DNA of 64,000 nt from Utricularia gibba (Eukaryota > Plantae > Magnoliophyta): positions 1,116,001 to 1,180,000 of the forward strand of contig NEEC01000008.1 of the NCBI GenBank assembly GCA_002189035.1, read 5' to 3'. Positions 15,601-28,221 of the stretch are shown piece after piece. The first letter of the stretch is position 1. Every line of letters starts with the position of its first letter. Position numbers and translations under genes: made by a program. The notes beneath the pieces were generated by a model. That model was given only the letters and a program-made list of their open reading frames with translations, did not search any database and was not told the origin of the DNA.

Positions 15601-15808
15601 TGAGCAATCGCCGCCGAGATTCGCAAGAGCAGTTGCGGGCAGGGTGAGGGAGCTTTGGAGTGCGAGATGTTCGAGAGCCAAGCCAACTAGTCCAAGCCTA
15701 GCCCAATTATTTTTGTGAATTTTTCAATTTAAATAAAAAATGGAAATAAAGCTTCACCGTGCTAAACCCTATCTCATTTTCATCGCCGGCTAGGGTTCTG
15801 CTGCTGCA
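15601..15808. promoter_or_regulatory. 208-bp bidirectional promoter shared by mMDH and MORF8
   Basis: Divergent ATGs at 15600 and 15809. Site II AGCCCA at 15700-15705 and telo-box AAACCCTA at 15764-15771. Confidence 0.7.
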
Positions 15809-17709
15809 ATGGCGACACGTATTTTCGGCCAGTCACTCGCCGTGAATGGAAGATCATTTCTCGCAGCCGTCTCACGTCCATACGCCACCTCTTCGTCTGT
15901 TTTTCTGCAAAATCGTTATCTATTTCGTCTCCGTCCGCTCGTGGCAACATCCCACGCCTCATATTTCCGGAGGATTTCTCCGATCAGGGGATTTGCAACT
16001 CGATCAACTTCATCTTCTCTAAGTGACCCAAACCCTAACTGGTCTAATCGCCCTCCAAAGGAGACCATCCTCCTCGATGGCTGTGATTTCGAGCATTGGC
16101 TTGTGGTCATGGAGAAACCAGAGGGAGATCCAACCAGGGACGAAATTATTGATAGCTACATCAAGAAGTTGGCTGAAGTCGTGGGGAGGTCCATTTTTTC
16201 CCTTTCTCCATGCTCAGATTTTCATTTTTCCGGCATTCTTCTGATTGTGTTTTTTGCACGTATAATGAACGACTGTCTCACGTACACAGTGAGGAAGAAG
16301 CGAGGAAGAAAATCTACTCTGTTTCTACGCGGCATTACTATGCATTTGGAGCCCTTGTTTCTGAAGAGCTTTCCTACAAGTTAAAAGGTTTGTCTTTGCA
16401 ACATTTTACCTGTTCGAAGTTTTACTGTTCATGTTTTCATTGTCCATTGTGAAAATTTGATCGCGGTGTTTTCTGCGGTGCAGAATTAGATAAGGTTCGC
16501 TGGGTACTCCCTGATTCCTACCTCGATGTGAAGAACAAGGATTATGGAGGTATACTTGTGTGGAATTTGTTTCTGCCTAATTAAGAGTGATGCCATCCGG
16601 ATTACCATTTTTTAAGATGTTGGCATTTTTGTTTTACCTAGTTTTTTTTTTTTTTTTTGGTGAACCTGTTGCTGGAAAATGAGGATTGCCATCACTCTGG
16701 TCACAGGTGAACCTTTTATTGATGGTCAAGCAGTTCCATATCATCCAAAGTATCACGAAGAATGGGTGAGGAATAATGCCCGTGCGAATGAGAGAAACAG
16801 ACGGAATGATAGGCCCCGGCAATTTGACAGGTCTCGGAACTTTGAGAGAAGACGAGATCCGCAGATGAATCAGTACTCAGGGGGCAATAATGTGACTGGT
16901 CAACCTAATGCTCCTGGCACTGGTCCAATGCAGCAAAACATGGTAAGTCTGACCTACTACCCAACCAACATGCCTTAACGTATTAGTGATGTTTGGAACT
17001 GTGATCTGAAGTATGCTGCGTTCAATCCCACCATGTTTTTTCTTTCCCTTTGGCATCAACACTAAAATGCATCATCCAGTTTATCATTTTTTGTGAGTGA
17101 CTTCCAAACTTGCGTTGACGTGTTAATCAAATTCAAACCTGTTTTGTGCAGCCTGGTATGGGAGGACAGCCAAGTTACAATAACAGCATCCATCAACCTG
17201 CTGCCCCAAGCCCTGGCTCTATGCAGCCAAACGTGGGAGGGCAGCCAAATTACATGTCTCAGCCCGCTGTTCCAACCCCGGGCACTATACAGCCACCCAT
17301 GGGAGGACAGCCATTTTACAGCAATAACACATCCCAGCCTTCTGCCCCAACCCCAGGTACCGTGCAGCCAAACATGGGAGGGCAACCTAACTATGTTCCC
17401 AACATGACTCCGCCACCCAATGCCCCCTTCCCTGGACAAGTGCAGACTAATGTGGGAGGATATCCCAACTCAGGCCCTGGTGGCTTCCCTCCAAACAATG
17501 CTGGATACACACCTCGAGGTAATGCAGGTGGCTTCTCACAGCCTCCTCCTGCTTATGGCACGGGGCAAGGTTACCATGCACCAAATACGACCCAGAATCA
17601 GAGGCATAACTCTTATCAAGGGTATGCACCTCCTACTGTTCCCAATCCTTATCACCCACAGGACCAAAACGCTCCTCCCCAGGTTCAAAATGTTCCCACC
17701 AGGGATTAG
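15809..17709 (+). CDS. MORF8: Multiple organellar RNA editing factor 8 (MORF8/RIP1), multi-exon, with a long P/G/Q/N-rich tail
   Basis: MORF box: SNRPPKETILLDGCDFEHWLVVMEKPEGDPTRDEIIDSY...EEEARKKIYSVSTRHYYAFGALVSEELSYKLK...[22 protein letters not shown]. MORF8-type YHEEWVRNNARANERNRRNDRPR. Last intron 16943-17151. Confidence 0.95.
17152..17470 (+). repeat. Coding tandem repeat (about 22-25 aa, 4-5 copies) in the MORF8 tail
   Basis: Unit approximates QPxMGGQPxY...QPxAPxPG(S/T), visible in ORF 17146..17709. Confidence 0.8.
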
Positions 17710-19063
17710 CACCCCCCTCCCCCAGATCTGATTGATAGCTGCAAAGTGAACCATCAATATCATAGCCTTCTTTTATGTAATCTTCTGCCTGGAGTGATCT
17801 GCTGTATATACAGGTTATATGAGCATGTTACGTGGTTCATGGTGTAGGAACATCTCTGAATTCATTTGATCATCATCTGTTAGTGTAGATTTGTTTGTGG
17901 AACTTACAGGCGGCTGTTTAGGGTTTATTTTTAATTAAAAATTTTGATAGAATAATAATTTATATGTTTCAAAATGTTTCTTTAAAAGTAATTATTATAC
18001 AATTACTTTATATTTAAAATTTTATTGACTATAGTTATTTACAGAAATAATGAATGTACTTACAAATTCAAATTTTAAAATTAATTCTCAAAAATCAATT
18101 ATAACATGAAAACTGATATCCCATGACTTTGTTAGAATTATAATGATTCTAAAATTTTATATATATTTAAAAATAGAAATAATTTTATTAAAATATACAT
18201 GATTTTGTGAGAATAAATTTAATTTACAAAAGAAATCCTCACAGGTGGGGTTGGAAAATGGGATGGAGAAATGGGGATTAACAGTAGTAGGCCACGTGGA
18301 TACAAGGACCCGCGGGTCGGAAAGGGGTTCACGCAACACAACAACTAAACGACACCGTTTGATGAAATGCCATCCCCCACGCATCATCATCGATTGACGA
18401 TTGCCTTGCGATACCCTGGGCTTCGAAGTGTTCTTCTCATCCAAGAAATCTTGATTTCTTTCTGATGCTCTCGAATTTGCCCGCATTTCCGATCACTCCC
18501 TTGCTCTGATCCTCCGAATTCTTTTGTGAGTAATTTAATTTTGGAGTCGGAAGTCGTGTTGTGGCGTGATTTGCTACCCAAGGATCGGTGAGTTTCGTTG
18601 TTTTCGCGGATTTCTGATGTAGGCTTATGATGAGTAGTAATTGTATGGGGGTAATAGTATTGCTTGTTTTGTGTTCATGGTGTTATTTTGCTGATTTTGT
18701 GTGGTTGGTTGCTCCTGATTTGGTTTGATGCTGCTGCTTTTTCTGTGTTGTTTTGAATGTTGGGGTCTTCGAGTTTTGTGGTCGTTGTCCGACGAAGACA
18801 ATTTATCACATGATGCTATTCCTTTAGGTTTATCTTTTGGTTTGGATTTGTAGCTGAACGGATTCTTGGCGCAACTTTGACTTTCGTCTACCTATTTTTG
18901 TGGGTGTGTAGTTCGTAATCAATGTATTTTCAGGATTTCCTTGTTGCATATTTTACTGCGCAGCTGTTGGAATGCTTTTGTTCTGGCTTGTGTACCTTCT
19001 TTCCAATATTGCCTCAATTCATTTTATTTTTGGGGGAACTTCCCCAGTAGGAGGCAATCTTGT

Positions 19064-20103
19064 ATGGCTGATAATGATGAGAGGACGGAAGGAGTTCCCA
19101 GAGGGAATGAGTGGGAAGTTGTATCGCTCACTGCATCTGCGTATGCAGCTGCACCTGGACAAGAGCAGGTTGGTTTGAGCCCTGATGGTGGGAAAAATTT
19201 GAGTGAAGAGATTGTAGCTGAAAGCCCCATTGCTATGTTTATGTCCGGTCATTTTATCTTTCCACCTAGTCAGCATGAGAATTTACCATTGGAGCCTGCT
19301 TATGATGGCAAAAAGGGAGTTGAATTAGATGTTATACCTGCACCTGAAGATGCCGATTTCATCACGGATGAAAAACCTGGAGAAGTTACAAGAGGATTGA
19401 TGCCTGCTGAATTTTCAACTTCTGGTTCTGAGTATGAGGACAATGTAATCTTTTCCAAAGAGAAGAACATTCAGAGCAATGCAGATTTGTGTTCATTTCG
19501 GTCTGAGACCGAGGTTGAGAAATCGGGTACTGTTGAAAGGGGAGTGGGGGCAAGTGATGGACTTGAACCTGATGATGAATCTTTGGATTCGCGGTTTTCA
19601 GAATCTCCAGAGGGAAAAAAGCTTGGTGATGATGATTTCCCTTGTGAATGTTGGTGGAAACGGAAGGCTGTTTCATTCTATTCCGTTGCAAAGGAAACAA
19701 ATACCTTTTGGTCGATTTTTGTTGCTGCTACTGTTATGGGGCTTGTGATTATCGGTCATCGGTGGCAACAGGAGAGGTGGCAGGTGCTTCAGCTTAGGCG
19801 TTTTGCTCCAGATGAGGTACCAAAATTCTTGCCCTGTATTCACACGCAGCTCATTCCTTTTTGCATCCATTTTCATTCGCTGATCATATACGTAACTCAA
19901 GCAGAAACCATGGTTCTAGTTTCTCCAAACCTTGGGTTGGGAAACTATGACCTCCTTGACAAAGTTGCTGTCTACTGAATATCTGTCTGCGAGTGCAGGG
20001 AATGAGCCGGATTCTGGGCCCGATACATCGCCTGAAAGACTTGGTCATTGGTGGCCACCGGCGCGGTTCACTTCTACACGGAGCCTCCTCGAGTGAAGGT
20101 TGA
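19064..20103 (+). CDS. ATI1: ATG8-interacting protein 1/2 (selective autophagy receptor), 2 exons
   Basis: MADNDERTEGVPRGNEWEVVSLTASAYAAAPG (WEVV AIM motif), MFMSGHFIFPPSQHENLPLEP, PCECWWKRK, TM segment FWSIFVAATVMGLVIIG. Intron 19817-19998. Exon 2 GMSRILGPIHRLKDLVIGGHRRG...* (TGA 20101-20103). Confidence 0.93.
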
Positions 20104-21675
20104 AGACAGGCATCCTTCTAGTCGTCCTATATATTGCATTTGCCTTGAACTCCTTCATCTAGTCCCCGTGCTGCTGCATATTCTACCCGTATTGGGTGGT
20201 GGAAGCAACCCAGCTTCTTTTTCTTAACATGTTGTCTGCACTTCAGTCAACTGCGAATGCAACTTCCATTTCTCACTCTTTTCACAAGGAAAAAGGGATT
20301 CAAAGTGAACAAAGGTCGAGGAAAGGCAATGCTTTGTTCGGTCTTCAACATCCCGAGGAACCGCCAGTTGATTTATTGTTCATTCATTTTACATTTCATT
20401 AGGTTACGGAACGAAATAATTGCTGCAAGCAAAAATGGGTAGGCGCGCAACCCAAGAAGCCGCCGCAATTGACCGGAGCCCAACATGCGTTGATTCACCG
20501 TGGTTGTTGAGGGGAGGCGATCTCGAACTGAACGACTACAGGTCGCAGAACCGCCGGAGCTCCATCAGACGGCGAACTTGCTTGCGGCGATGGTTTGAAT
20601 TGATGGAAAGGTGAGTTCGTTACGGAAGAGTGAATTGTGTGTACAGGTGGAGGTGGGGCTTCTCCGTGAGGGAGAGAGAGAGATAGATGCTCACGCTTTG
20701 TAGATGTCAGGGTCAGAGTCGCCTGATGAGCGCTTTTCAAAAGATGAAATGGGGGTTGGTGATTGGAGGAGTACACCGAGGAAGAAGACAAACGACGCCA
20801 TAAATGGCGGGGAAATCAAGCAAAAGCAAGAAAAAAAAATGTGTATTTTTTTTTACTGCTGTTTATCCGACCTTTTTTTTAATACGTTGGGGGTTCTTCC
20901 ACAATGGCGAAAACGGGGAGATTCGTGTGAAGGACGACAGCTGGAGCGACCGTCGTTGAGCTGATTTCGTGGCACCATTATCAACTGGAGCACACCTTTT
21001 GGGATCGCATACTCTTTTTTCCCAGAAGGGAGTATTTGGAGGACCGAAATCGTCGGAGTTTGGTTTTTGTATCTGGCCGTTCTATTTTCGTTGCTGCCCC
21101 AATTTGTGCGGACGTGTACGAGGAGGTGAGGTTCTCTTTCTGCATTTTCTGGGGTTTTTTTTCGGTGCTTCATTTGAGCGTATGATTTGAAACACGGTGG
21201 CGACGATCTTTTTTGTTTTACAGTTTTCTGAAATCATGTCTTTTGTATTCTGACGTTCTTCGTTTGGGTCCTCCTCCTGCAAGGTTAGACACCAGAATCT
21301 CAGTATTTGCATGATAATGTGATGTGGGTGCTGTTGATGAGGAATGATTAATTGGATTGAGGTGAAGCCTCAAGTGAAAAAAAAAAGATTATTCGTGTGA
21401 TACTTTTTATGGAAAACCTTCATTACAGCGTCAAACTCTTCACCTGAAGTCTCCCGAAAACGGATGCCATGAGGTGTATTCTTCTGCTGGATAGCTGCAT
21501 GCTCCCATGTGGGAGATGTGTGGATTGAAAAAGCTCCTATGGAGCAATTTGGGGCATGCCGTTGGAGAAGTCTGGTTCTTCCTATGCTGCTGCATCTCCT
21601 GCAGTAGTAGAGTTAAGTGCAAATTGATTGCATATAATTGCTGGCAAGCCGTATGTAGATAAGGGACCTGATTTT

Positions 21676-24600
21676 ATGGGAAGAGGAAAACGTAAGAAGA
21701 AAGCCGTTTGTGTAGATAGAAATGGCCAGAAGGAAACCTTGTTAGACCATGTGAAGTTGCCTAGTTCTCTAGGGAACAATGCCTGCAAGCTGCTAGTTCT
21801 TGATCCAACTGTTTCCACTGCAAACAGCTTGCGAACTAATAGACCAAAGAAGCCAAAGTGGAAGGAATCATGTTTTATCAGGCTGAGCGAAGAGGAATTG
21901 GCAAAGCCCAAAGATATAAAAAGTGATCCCCGTCCAATTCTTCGATATCACATCAACTGCTTGCTTATAGCTGCAGGCTGGTTGATTGGAAGGCGAAGAC
22001 GGAACAGCAAATATCATGGGATTGGGGAGTATGTTTACAAGTCTCCAGCAGGAAGACCAATTCGTGAATTTCATCGAGCATGGAGAATGTGTGGTGAGAG
22101 TTTGCTTCCAGATGCAATTTTTTCTTCTCAAACAGATGAGAATATGCAGTGGGCTGACATGACTGAGTTCTGGTATGGTTTATCCCACACTATCAAAATG
22201 ATTGAAGAAAATTTTAATGTTTTGGTGGCTGATTCTTCTATGGCTCGGCTGTGGTGCATTCTAGACCCTTATGCAAATGTGGTTTTCATAGAAAAAACGT
22301 TTCGGCTACTTAAAGAAGGAATTGCTGTAAAAGCAACTAGAACCATGTTGATTGAATCAGATGCGAGACCTAAAGCTAAACATCCCAAAGTCTCTGGATA
22401 TGGGAGAAGTTCCTTGAACCCAAGGCTTGCGCAAGGTTGGGATTATAGTGTCAATGATATTAACAGCGTTGACATGCCTGGGCAAGTTGGCTCGGGAGTT
22501 AGTTCTGAACACACTGAAAGTACGGATAACAGTAAATATGTCTGGCCCAGGAGGGCCGAGAGCAAATCTTGGAACAAGTCAGATATGGAACTAGATCATT
22601 TTATTGACAGAAATTGCCCTGCTCGTGAAAGTAGTTCTAAACGCCCATCCAAAAAATCCAAGTTGTCCAGCCCTCGGGATGATGATCTCCTAATCTCTGC
22701 TATAATGAAATCCAAAAATGTCCGAGCTACAAAGAAAAGGTCCAATCGCATAACAAGACCTCTTGGGAAAAGAAAAACGCCTAAAGGGAGTTGCAAGTTG
22801 CTACCTAGGAGCTTTAAGAAGGGTGGGAAGCAAGCTATTGAAGGAAAATGGTCCCTTGCTGAATCAAGAACAGTTTTATCATGGATGATTCACTGCAATG
22901 CGATTTCTTTGAATGACGAGATTCAGTACCGGGATACAGATACTGATGTAATATTGAAAGATGGTGTAATTACTAGAGGCGGTATTTTATGCAGTTGCTG
23001 TCATCAAGTCCTTTCCATTTCAGAACTCAAGTGTCATGCTGGTTTTAAATCGAATCTGCCCTGTATGAATCTTTTCATGAAGTCTGGTAAGCCGTTTATC
23101 TTATGTCAACTTGAGGCATGGTCATCTGAATTCAGGGCAAGACAGATGCCCCCTCAAATTAATAGAGTTGATGAAATGGATCATAATGATGATAGCTGTG
23201 GGTGCTGTGGTGACGTTGGTGAATTGCTATGTTGTGATAGTTGCCCATCTGCATTTCATATGAGATGCCTCTTTGAGCAGGTGTAGTTTTTATCGCTTAG
23301 CTTAACATCTTTCGTATTAGGATTTTTTTTTTGGCCATCTTCGTTGCAAGCAAATGAAACGAGCATTTTTAATGGCCATATCTTGCACAAATTACCTCTG
23401 GAAAGCATGTAATATTATTCGTTGCCTGAATAATAAGCTTTTTTATGCATCACCAAACTCTTTTTTATACTTTGTTATTCTAGAAAAGTCGCACCTGTTA
23501 AGATTCTTTGTCAAGCGTATAATAGATGGTGTAAACTGATATTCTTTCTTTCCTCCAGGAACTTCCTGAAGGTAGCTGGTATTGCCCTCGATGTCGTTGC
23601 CAGATCTGTGGGGATTTAGTCACTAGTGGAACTTCAGATTTACTCTGTGGTCTGAAATGCCAGCAGTGTGAGCATAAATGTAATTTCCTCCAGAATTTGA
23701 GCATCTGATACCAACATTGCTGTTTTACGTTGTTCAGTCTCTTTATTCTTATATTATTTCTTAAGAAAAAATACGGTCGAGAGCGTTTAGAATGTGTATT
23801 GAGCGAAGTCCTTTTTGATGATGTTGTTGGTTTCAAAGGCGAATTTTTTGTGCGCAATAACCCATTCCGTACATTTTCTTGCTTGCTTCTGGGAAAACTC
23901 ATTACTTAATACCTGTAAACAGACCACAAGACATGCATGGAGGGGAGTTGTATGCAAATTGGATTGTCTTCAGCTGCATGGTTTTGTGGAGATGGCTGTC
24001 ACAAGGTAAATGGTGTGTTTCTAATGACGCCCTTAAGTAACTTCTTTTTGTGGTTACGAAGCAAAGATAATTGAGAAACAGAGATAAGGAACTTTCACGA
24101 ATCTACATTGTCAACTGCAAAACCCATGTGATGCAGTTGTGATAATAATTAAATCTGTGCATTTGCAAAACCTTCTTTTCAACTGTTAGTCCTTAACATC
24201 TGAAGGAATTTTGCATTCATGCCTTTTGAAAATCACACTACAGTGGAATGTCTTTGACACTTTCTTTTGCTGGGTTGAGAACTCTTCCATTGCATTGCCA
24301 CATTGCATGAACTTTAGTATCCATCTTAAATGCAGGTTTATACTGGCCTAGAGTCACGGATTGGGCTCAAAAATTATATTTCAAATGGTTTCTCCTGGAC
24401 CCTCCTTCGGTGCATTTCCAGTGATCACAAAACAAACACTTCACCACACGCAGTCGCCCTAGAGGCAGAATGCAACTCAAAATTGGCAGTTGCAATCACT
24501 ATATTGGAAGAATGCTTTCTTCCCATGGTCGACACAAGGACAGGAATAAGCATGATCCCTCAAGTAATTTTCAACCTAGGGTCAGTATTCAAAAGAAAAC

Positions 24601-25606
24601 TTGAGAGAAAGTGATCGGAAAGGGAACAAAAGTAAAAAAAAAATTGGATTACCATCTGTTAGCATGATGAACACATTCTTCAGTACATGCTTGTTGCATG
24701 CTCTCTGCGCCAATCAATATGTTGGCTTAGTATTTGAGTTAACTGAGTTTTAGCTGTTCTTCTGCATTGTCCTGCTCAATAGACTTTGATCCTTGATTTA
24801 GCAACATGGAATTCATGCATTCATCTCGTAGTGCTGGAACTATATGAACAAAAAGGTGGTTGATCTCCATTTTTGTTCGCTTTTTTTTTTTTCAGATCCC
24901 ATTTTGCACGCCTAGACTACAGTGGTTTCTATACAGTAGTCCTGGAAGAAGATGATGCGATCATGTGTGTAGCATCTATCAGGTAGAACATTCCTTCCCC
25001 CTTATACCTTCTCTATTGGAATGTAAACGTATGTAGGCTTTGTTGTTTTTTCCAAACTGACACTCGTTTTGTATTACTACTGGTCCAGAATCCATGGGAC
25101 AGAAGTTGCTGAGTTGCCTTTAATCGCGACGTGCAGCAGAAATCGTCGGAGAGGAATATGCCGCCGCCTCGTCGATTCAATCGAAAGGGTAACGCAGCTT
25201 TCCTCATAGTTCTGGTTGATTCAAAATAGCCATGCCCAAGTGATTGACGAGGAAATGAACTGATGATGGCCGCAGATGCTAATATCCCTCAACATCAAGA
25301 AGCTCGTGCTGTCCGCAATTCCGGAGCTACTAGAGACATGGGTTGTTGGGTTCGGCTTCGAACCGCTAGACGAGGACGAGAAGCAGAGCCTTAGCATGAT
25401 CAACTTGATGGTTTTCCCCTGTTCCATATGGCTCAAGAAGACCTTGACCCAAGGCACTGGCCAAAGCGATGGCACGTTTCTTTGATCATGTAACCCAATC
25501 TTTTCGGTCAGTTTGGTTTCTGAGAAACGTTTCTTGTATCTCCTTGGCAGGAACGCCGGAGGACGTGATGTCGAATACATCTGACGGCGGAGCCGATAAC
25601 CGGTAA
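21676..25606 (+). CDS. IDM1: INCREASED DNA METHYLATION 1-like (MBD-like + PHD + GNAT histone acetyltransferase); N-terminus apparently truncated
   Basis: DPRPILRYHINCLLIAAGW...YKSPAGRPIREFHRAWR, GSCKLLPRS, RTVLSW, PHD DDSCGCCGDVGELLCCDSCPSAFH, ECNSKLAVAITILEECF, FARLDYSGFYTVVLE, IHGTEVAELPLIAT, LLETWVVGFGF. First ATG after the in-frame TGA (21625) is at 21676. The last exon (25551-25606) is inferred via a GC-AG intron and is less certain. Confidence 0.9.
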
Positions 25607-26163
25607 AAGCGCGGCAGTCTGTTGGTGCTAGAGCCTTGATGGAGGCAAGAAACGAACTCGGACCAGGAGGAGCAATACAAGCCCCTGGTCTTCCATACCA
25701 CCCTCTGAACAGAACATCCTCGAGCAGGGCGATAAGCCGAATATCGACACATGGGCTCGGTCCTGGGTGATGTTGAATCTGTGTCTGAGCACAAAGGCAT
25801 TCATTCATTCCACTTGTTAGGCAAGTACCGTAGTCCAAGTAGGTTCAACATGCACTGCATTGAACAGCACCGGAAATAGAATGGATGTGGAGGAGGCATC
25901 ATCATGTATTTCTTGCCTGAAACCAGTGCCTCTGTCCGAGACACTGCCCTCAGCATTTTCTGTCATCTCGAACTCGAATCTCTAAACGCTGAACCCGCAG
26001 TCATGGGAGATGATGAATATGTGTGGTGAGGCAACACAAATGCTCATAGATAATGTGAAGCAAGCAATTCTTCATGTTCTAGAGGAGTTTGAAGCTTCGT
26101 TACATATATGCGACAAGAAGCAGATACCAATAATTATTTGACAAACCATAGGCTCCGTTAGGC

Positions 26164-27674
26164 TCATGCTCCACTTGCATACAAACGAGTCCACTCTTTC
26201 GCTGTAGGATCATGGAGACGTATCAGGGTCAGGCCTTGCGGTACACAAGATTAGGGGTAATGCATACCTGTTTCCACAGCTTCAGCCTCGTTTGTTTTCC
26301 AGTGCTTGGCGATGTTTTCGGAGAGTGGATCATCAGGATTTGGGGCACTTAGAAGTGCTTGGATGCTGACATAAGGAGATACAAATGAACTTAAATTCTA
26401 CTACAAACACTGGATCGGTTACACAGGAAATGGCCCTCCAGATGTTACATTTGATATTACCTCAAAAGCACAGTTCTGATCTGAAGTGCAGGACTCCATT
26501 TGTCCTTGAGAATATCAAGGCATATCCTACCGAGCTGGAATTCACTCTTAATGATGAAACAGTCGAAAGAACATAACAAAGATAAGAGAATAATGTGGGA
26601 GAGCAAACCTTATCTATGTTCGGGTGGTAAATTTTTGTCAGAAAGCGAACCTGTTGCGGGAAAGAATATACAGTTCAGCCAATATAATCGGAGAACACTA
26701 TGTTCAAGGTAGCAACTAAAACTATTGAGGATGGTCAAGATCACTAACACTACCTTGGGAGCAGCCATTGGGTATTCCTCAGGTAAAAATAGCTCCAGCT
26801 TAAAAACACCACCTACGACGTAATGTCATAACTATCTGTCAATATGCAATGTAATAAACATACGCAGCCAGAGGCCAGAAAAGGAACGAAATAACAGGAA
26901 ATATCAACATCTAATGCATCCCACAATTGAAAACAGAATTGCCATGAATGTATCTCACAAAGATCACTGGGATGCTTCTCATATGATAAATAATATTTAC
27001 TAGCTTGATAACTTACCCTCATAAGGCGACTGTGATGGACCAAGAATCATAACATTGAAATATCGCATATTGTCTTCCGAGGGAGAAGCACTTATTCCTG
27101 GTGCTGCGCGCCCATGAATTCAACCAACATCACCAAACCCACACGTTTCCAAAAGCAATCATTCCACCAGCCAAAACAAGAATATAATCCCAACAAAAAT
27201 CATGGAGTTCCAACAATCAAGCCTATCGTCTATTACATTTCACCTGCACTTCATCCAAATTTTTCAAAAGCAATCCCCAGGGGAACAATTCGTAGTCTAT
27301 AACTAATCTCAATCAAAAGGTAGCTAACCTTACCAAACCACCCGCCACACAGTGAAAAAGAGCTTCCATGGCACATGACCCATAAGAAAAAAAAAAACTT
27401 ATGCAAAACGCCTTCCAAGATCTAGCTATCGTTTCACTCAAAAACAGCAGAGCTATGACATAACTCAAATCCCTAATTCAGACAGCGATCCAAACTGTAC
27501 AGAAATGCAAGATGATAAAGATTCGGAGTTTACCTGGTTCACTCAGAAGACGCTGCGTTTCCTACCAAAAAGAAGAAGAAAAAAAAATCGACATCGATGG
27601 ACAAATCCAGCATGAGAAAGTGAAAATCCACCAGTTACCTTGATGATTCTTCGCGGCAAGTTGGCGTTGGCCAT
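26164..27674 (-). CDS. UBC13: Ubiquitin-conjugating enzyme E2 UBC13 (UBC35/36), 8 exons
   Basis: Exons read [12 protein letters not shown]|ETQRLLSEP|[29 protein letters not shown]|[19 protein letters not shown]|[14 protein letters not shown]|[24 protein letters not shown]|[33 protein letters not shown]|[12 protein letters not shown]. Mostly missed by the ORF track because the exons are short. Confidence 0.97.
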
Positions 27675-28221
27675 CGTGTTGAATTTCTTCCAATCGTCGG
27701 AGACGGAGAGTTCACGCGAATTCCCGCAGTTCAATTCGGTTACTTCCTTTTCAGATTTTTTGCCCACTTGAGGACTGTGCGAAAGGCGCAATTGACTCGG
27801 CAAAGTCCGGTATTTATTCCCTATTTTTCGGGCTAAACAGAATTATTTTCTGAAAATTCATTTATGCAGCAAAAAAACCGGCCTCCGCCTGGTTGATCCT
27901 AGACGGAGACGGAAGCCAAGGCTCGGCGGAGCCATCCCGGAGAGCGGTAGGTTTCACATGGCCACACCGCGCTGCATCTAAGTTCACCGGAGAATGGAGA
28001 TAATCTGAATGATATCGAAAAAGAGAGGGCTGCCGGGGTTCGAAACCCTCAGAACGAAAACATGCCATTCCGACGCTTTTAGTCCACTCAGCTAGGTCAG
28101 TACAAAAGCATGTTAGTTCCAGCCGGTGATGTGATACATAAACATGTTTCCAGTCTTATCATCACACCAAGAAGAAAATTTTTACTGGGTCATCACCCTT
28201 GCATCTGCAAAGGTTTGGTGT

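Noticed and set aside
20420-20800. GC-rich island with short ORFs on both strands and splice-like sites
   Set aside because: No recognisable protein, and the 98-aa minus ORF starts at TTG. It is most simply the IDM1 promoter or leader.
25221-25838. 205-aa antisense ORF over the IDM1 3' end (likewise 43895-44413, 51814-52341, 11285-11749, 57139-57621)
   Set aside because: These are shadow ORFs opposite well-supported coding exons and have no domain-like motifs.
28034-28050. tRNA T-arm/B-box-like CGGGGTTCGAAACCCTC
   Set aside because: No A-box, acceptor stem or cloverleaf upstream. It lies in the UBC13 promoter/ALG9 3' region.
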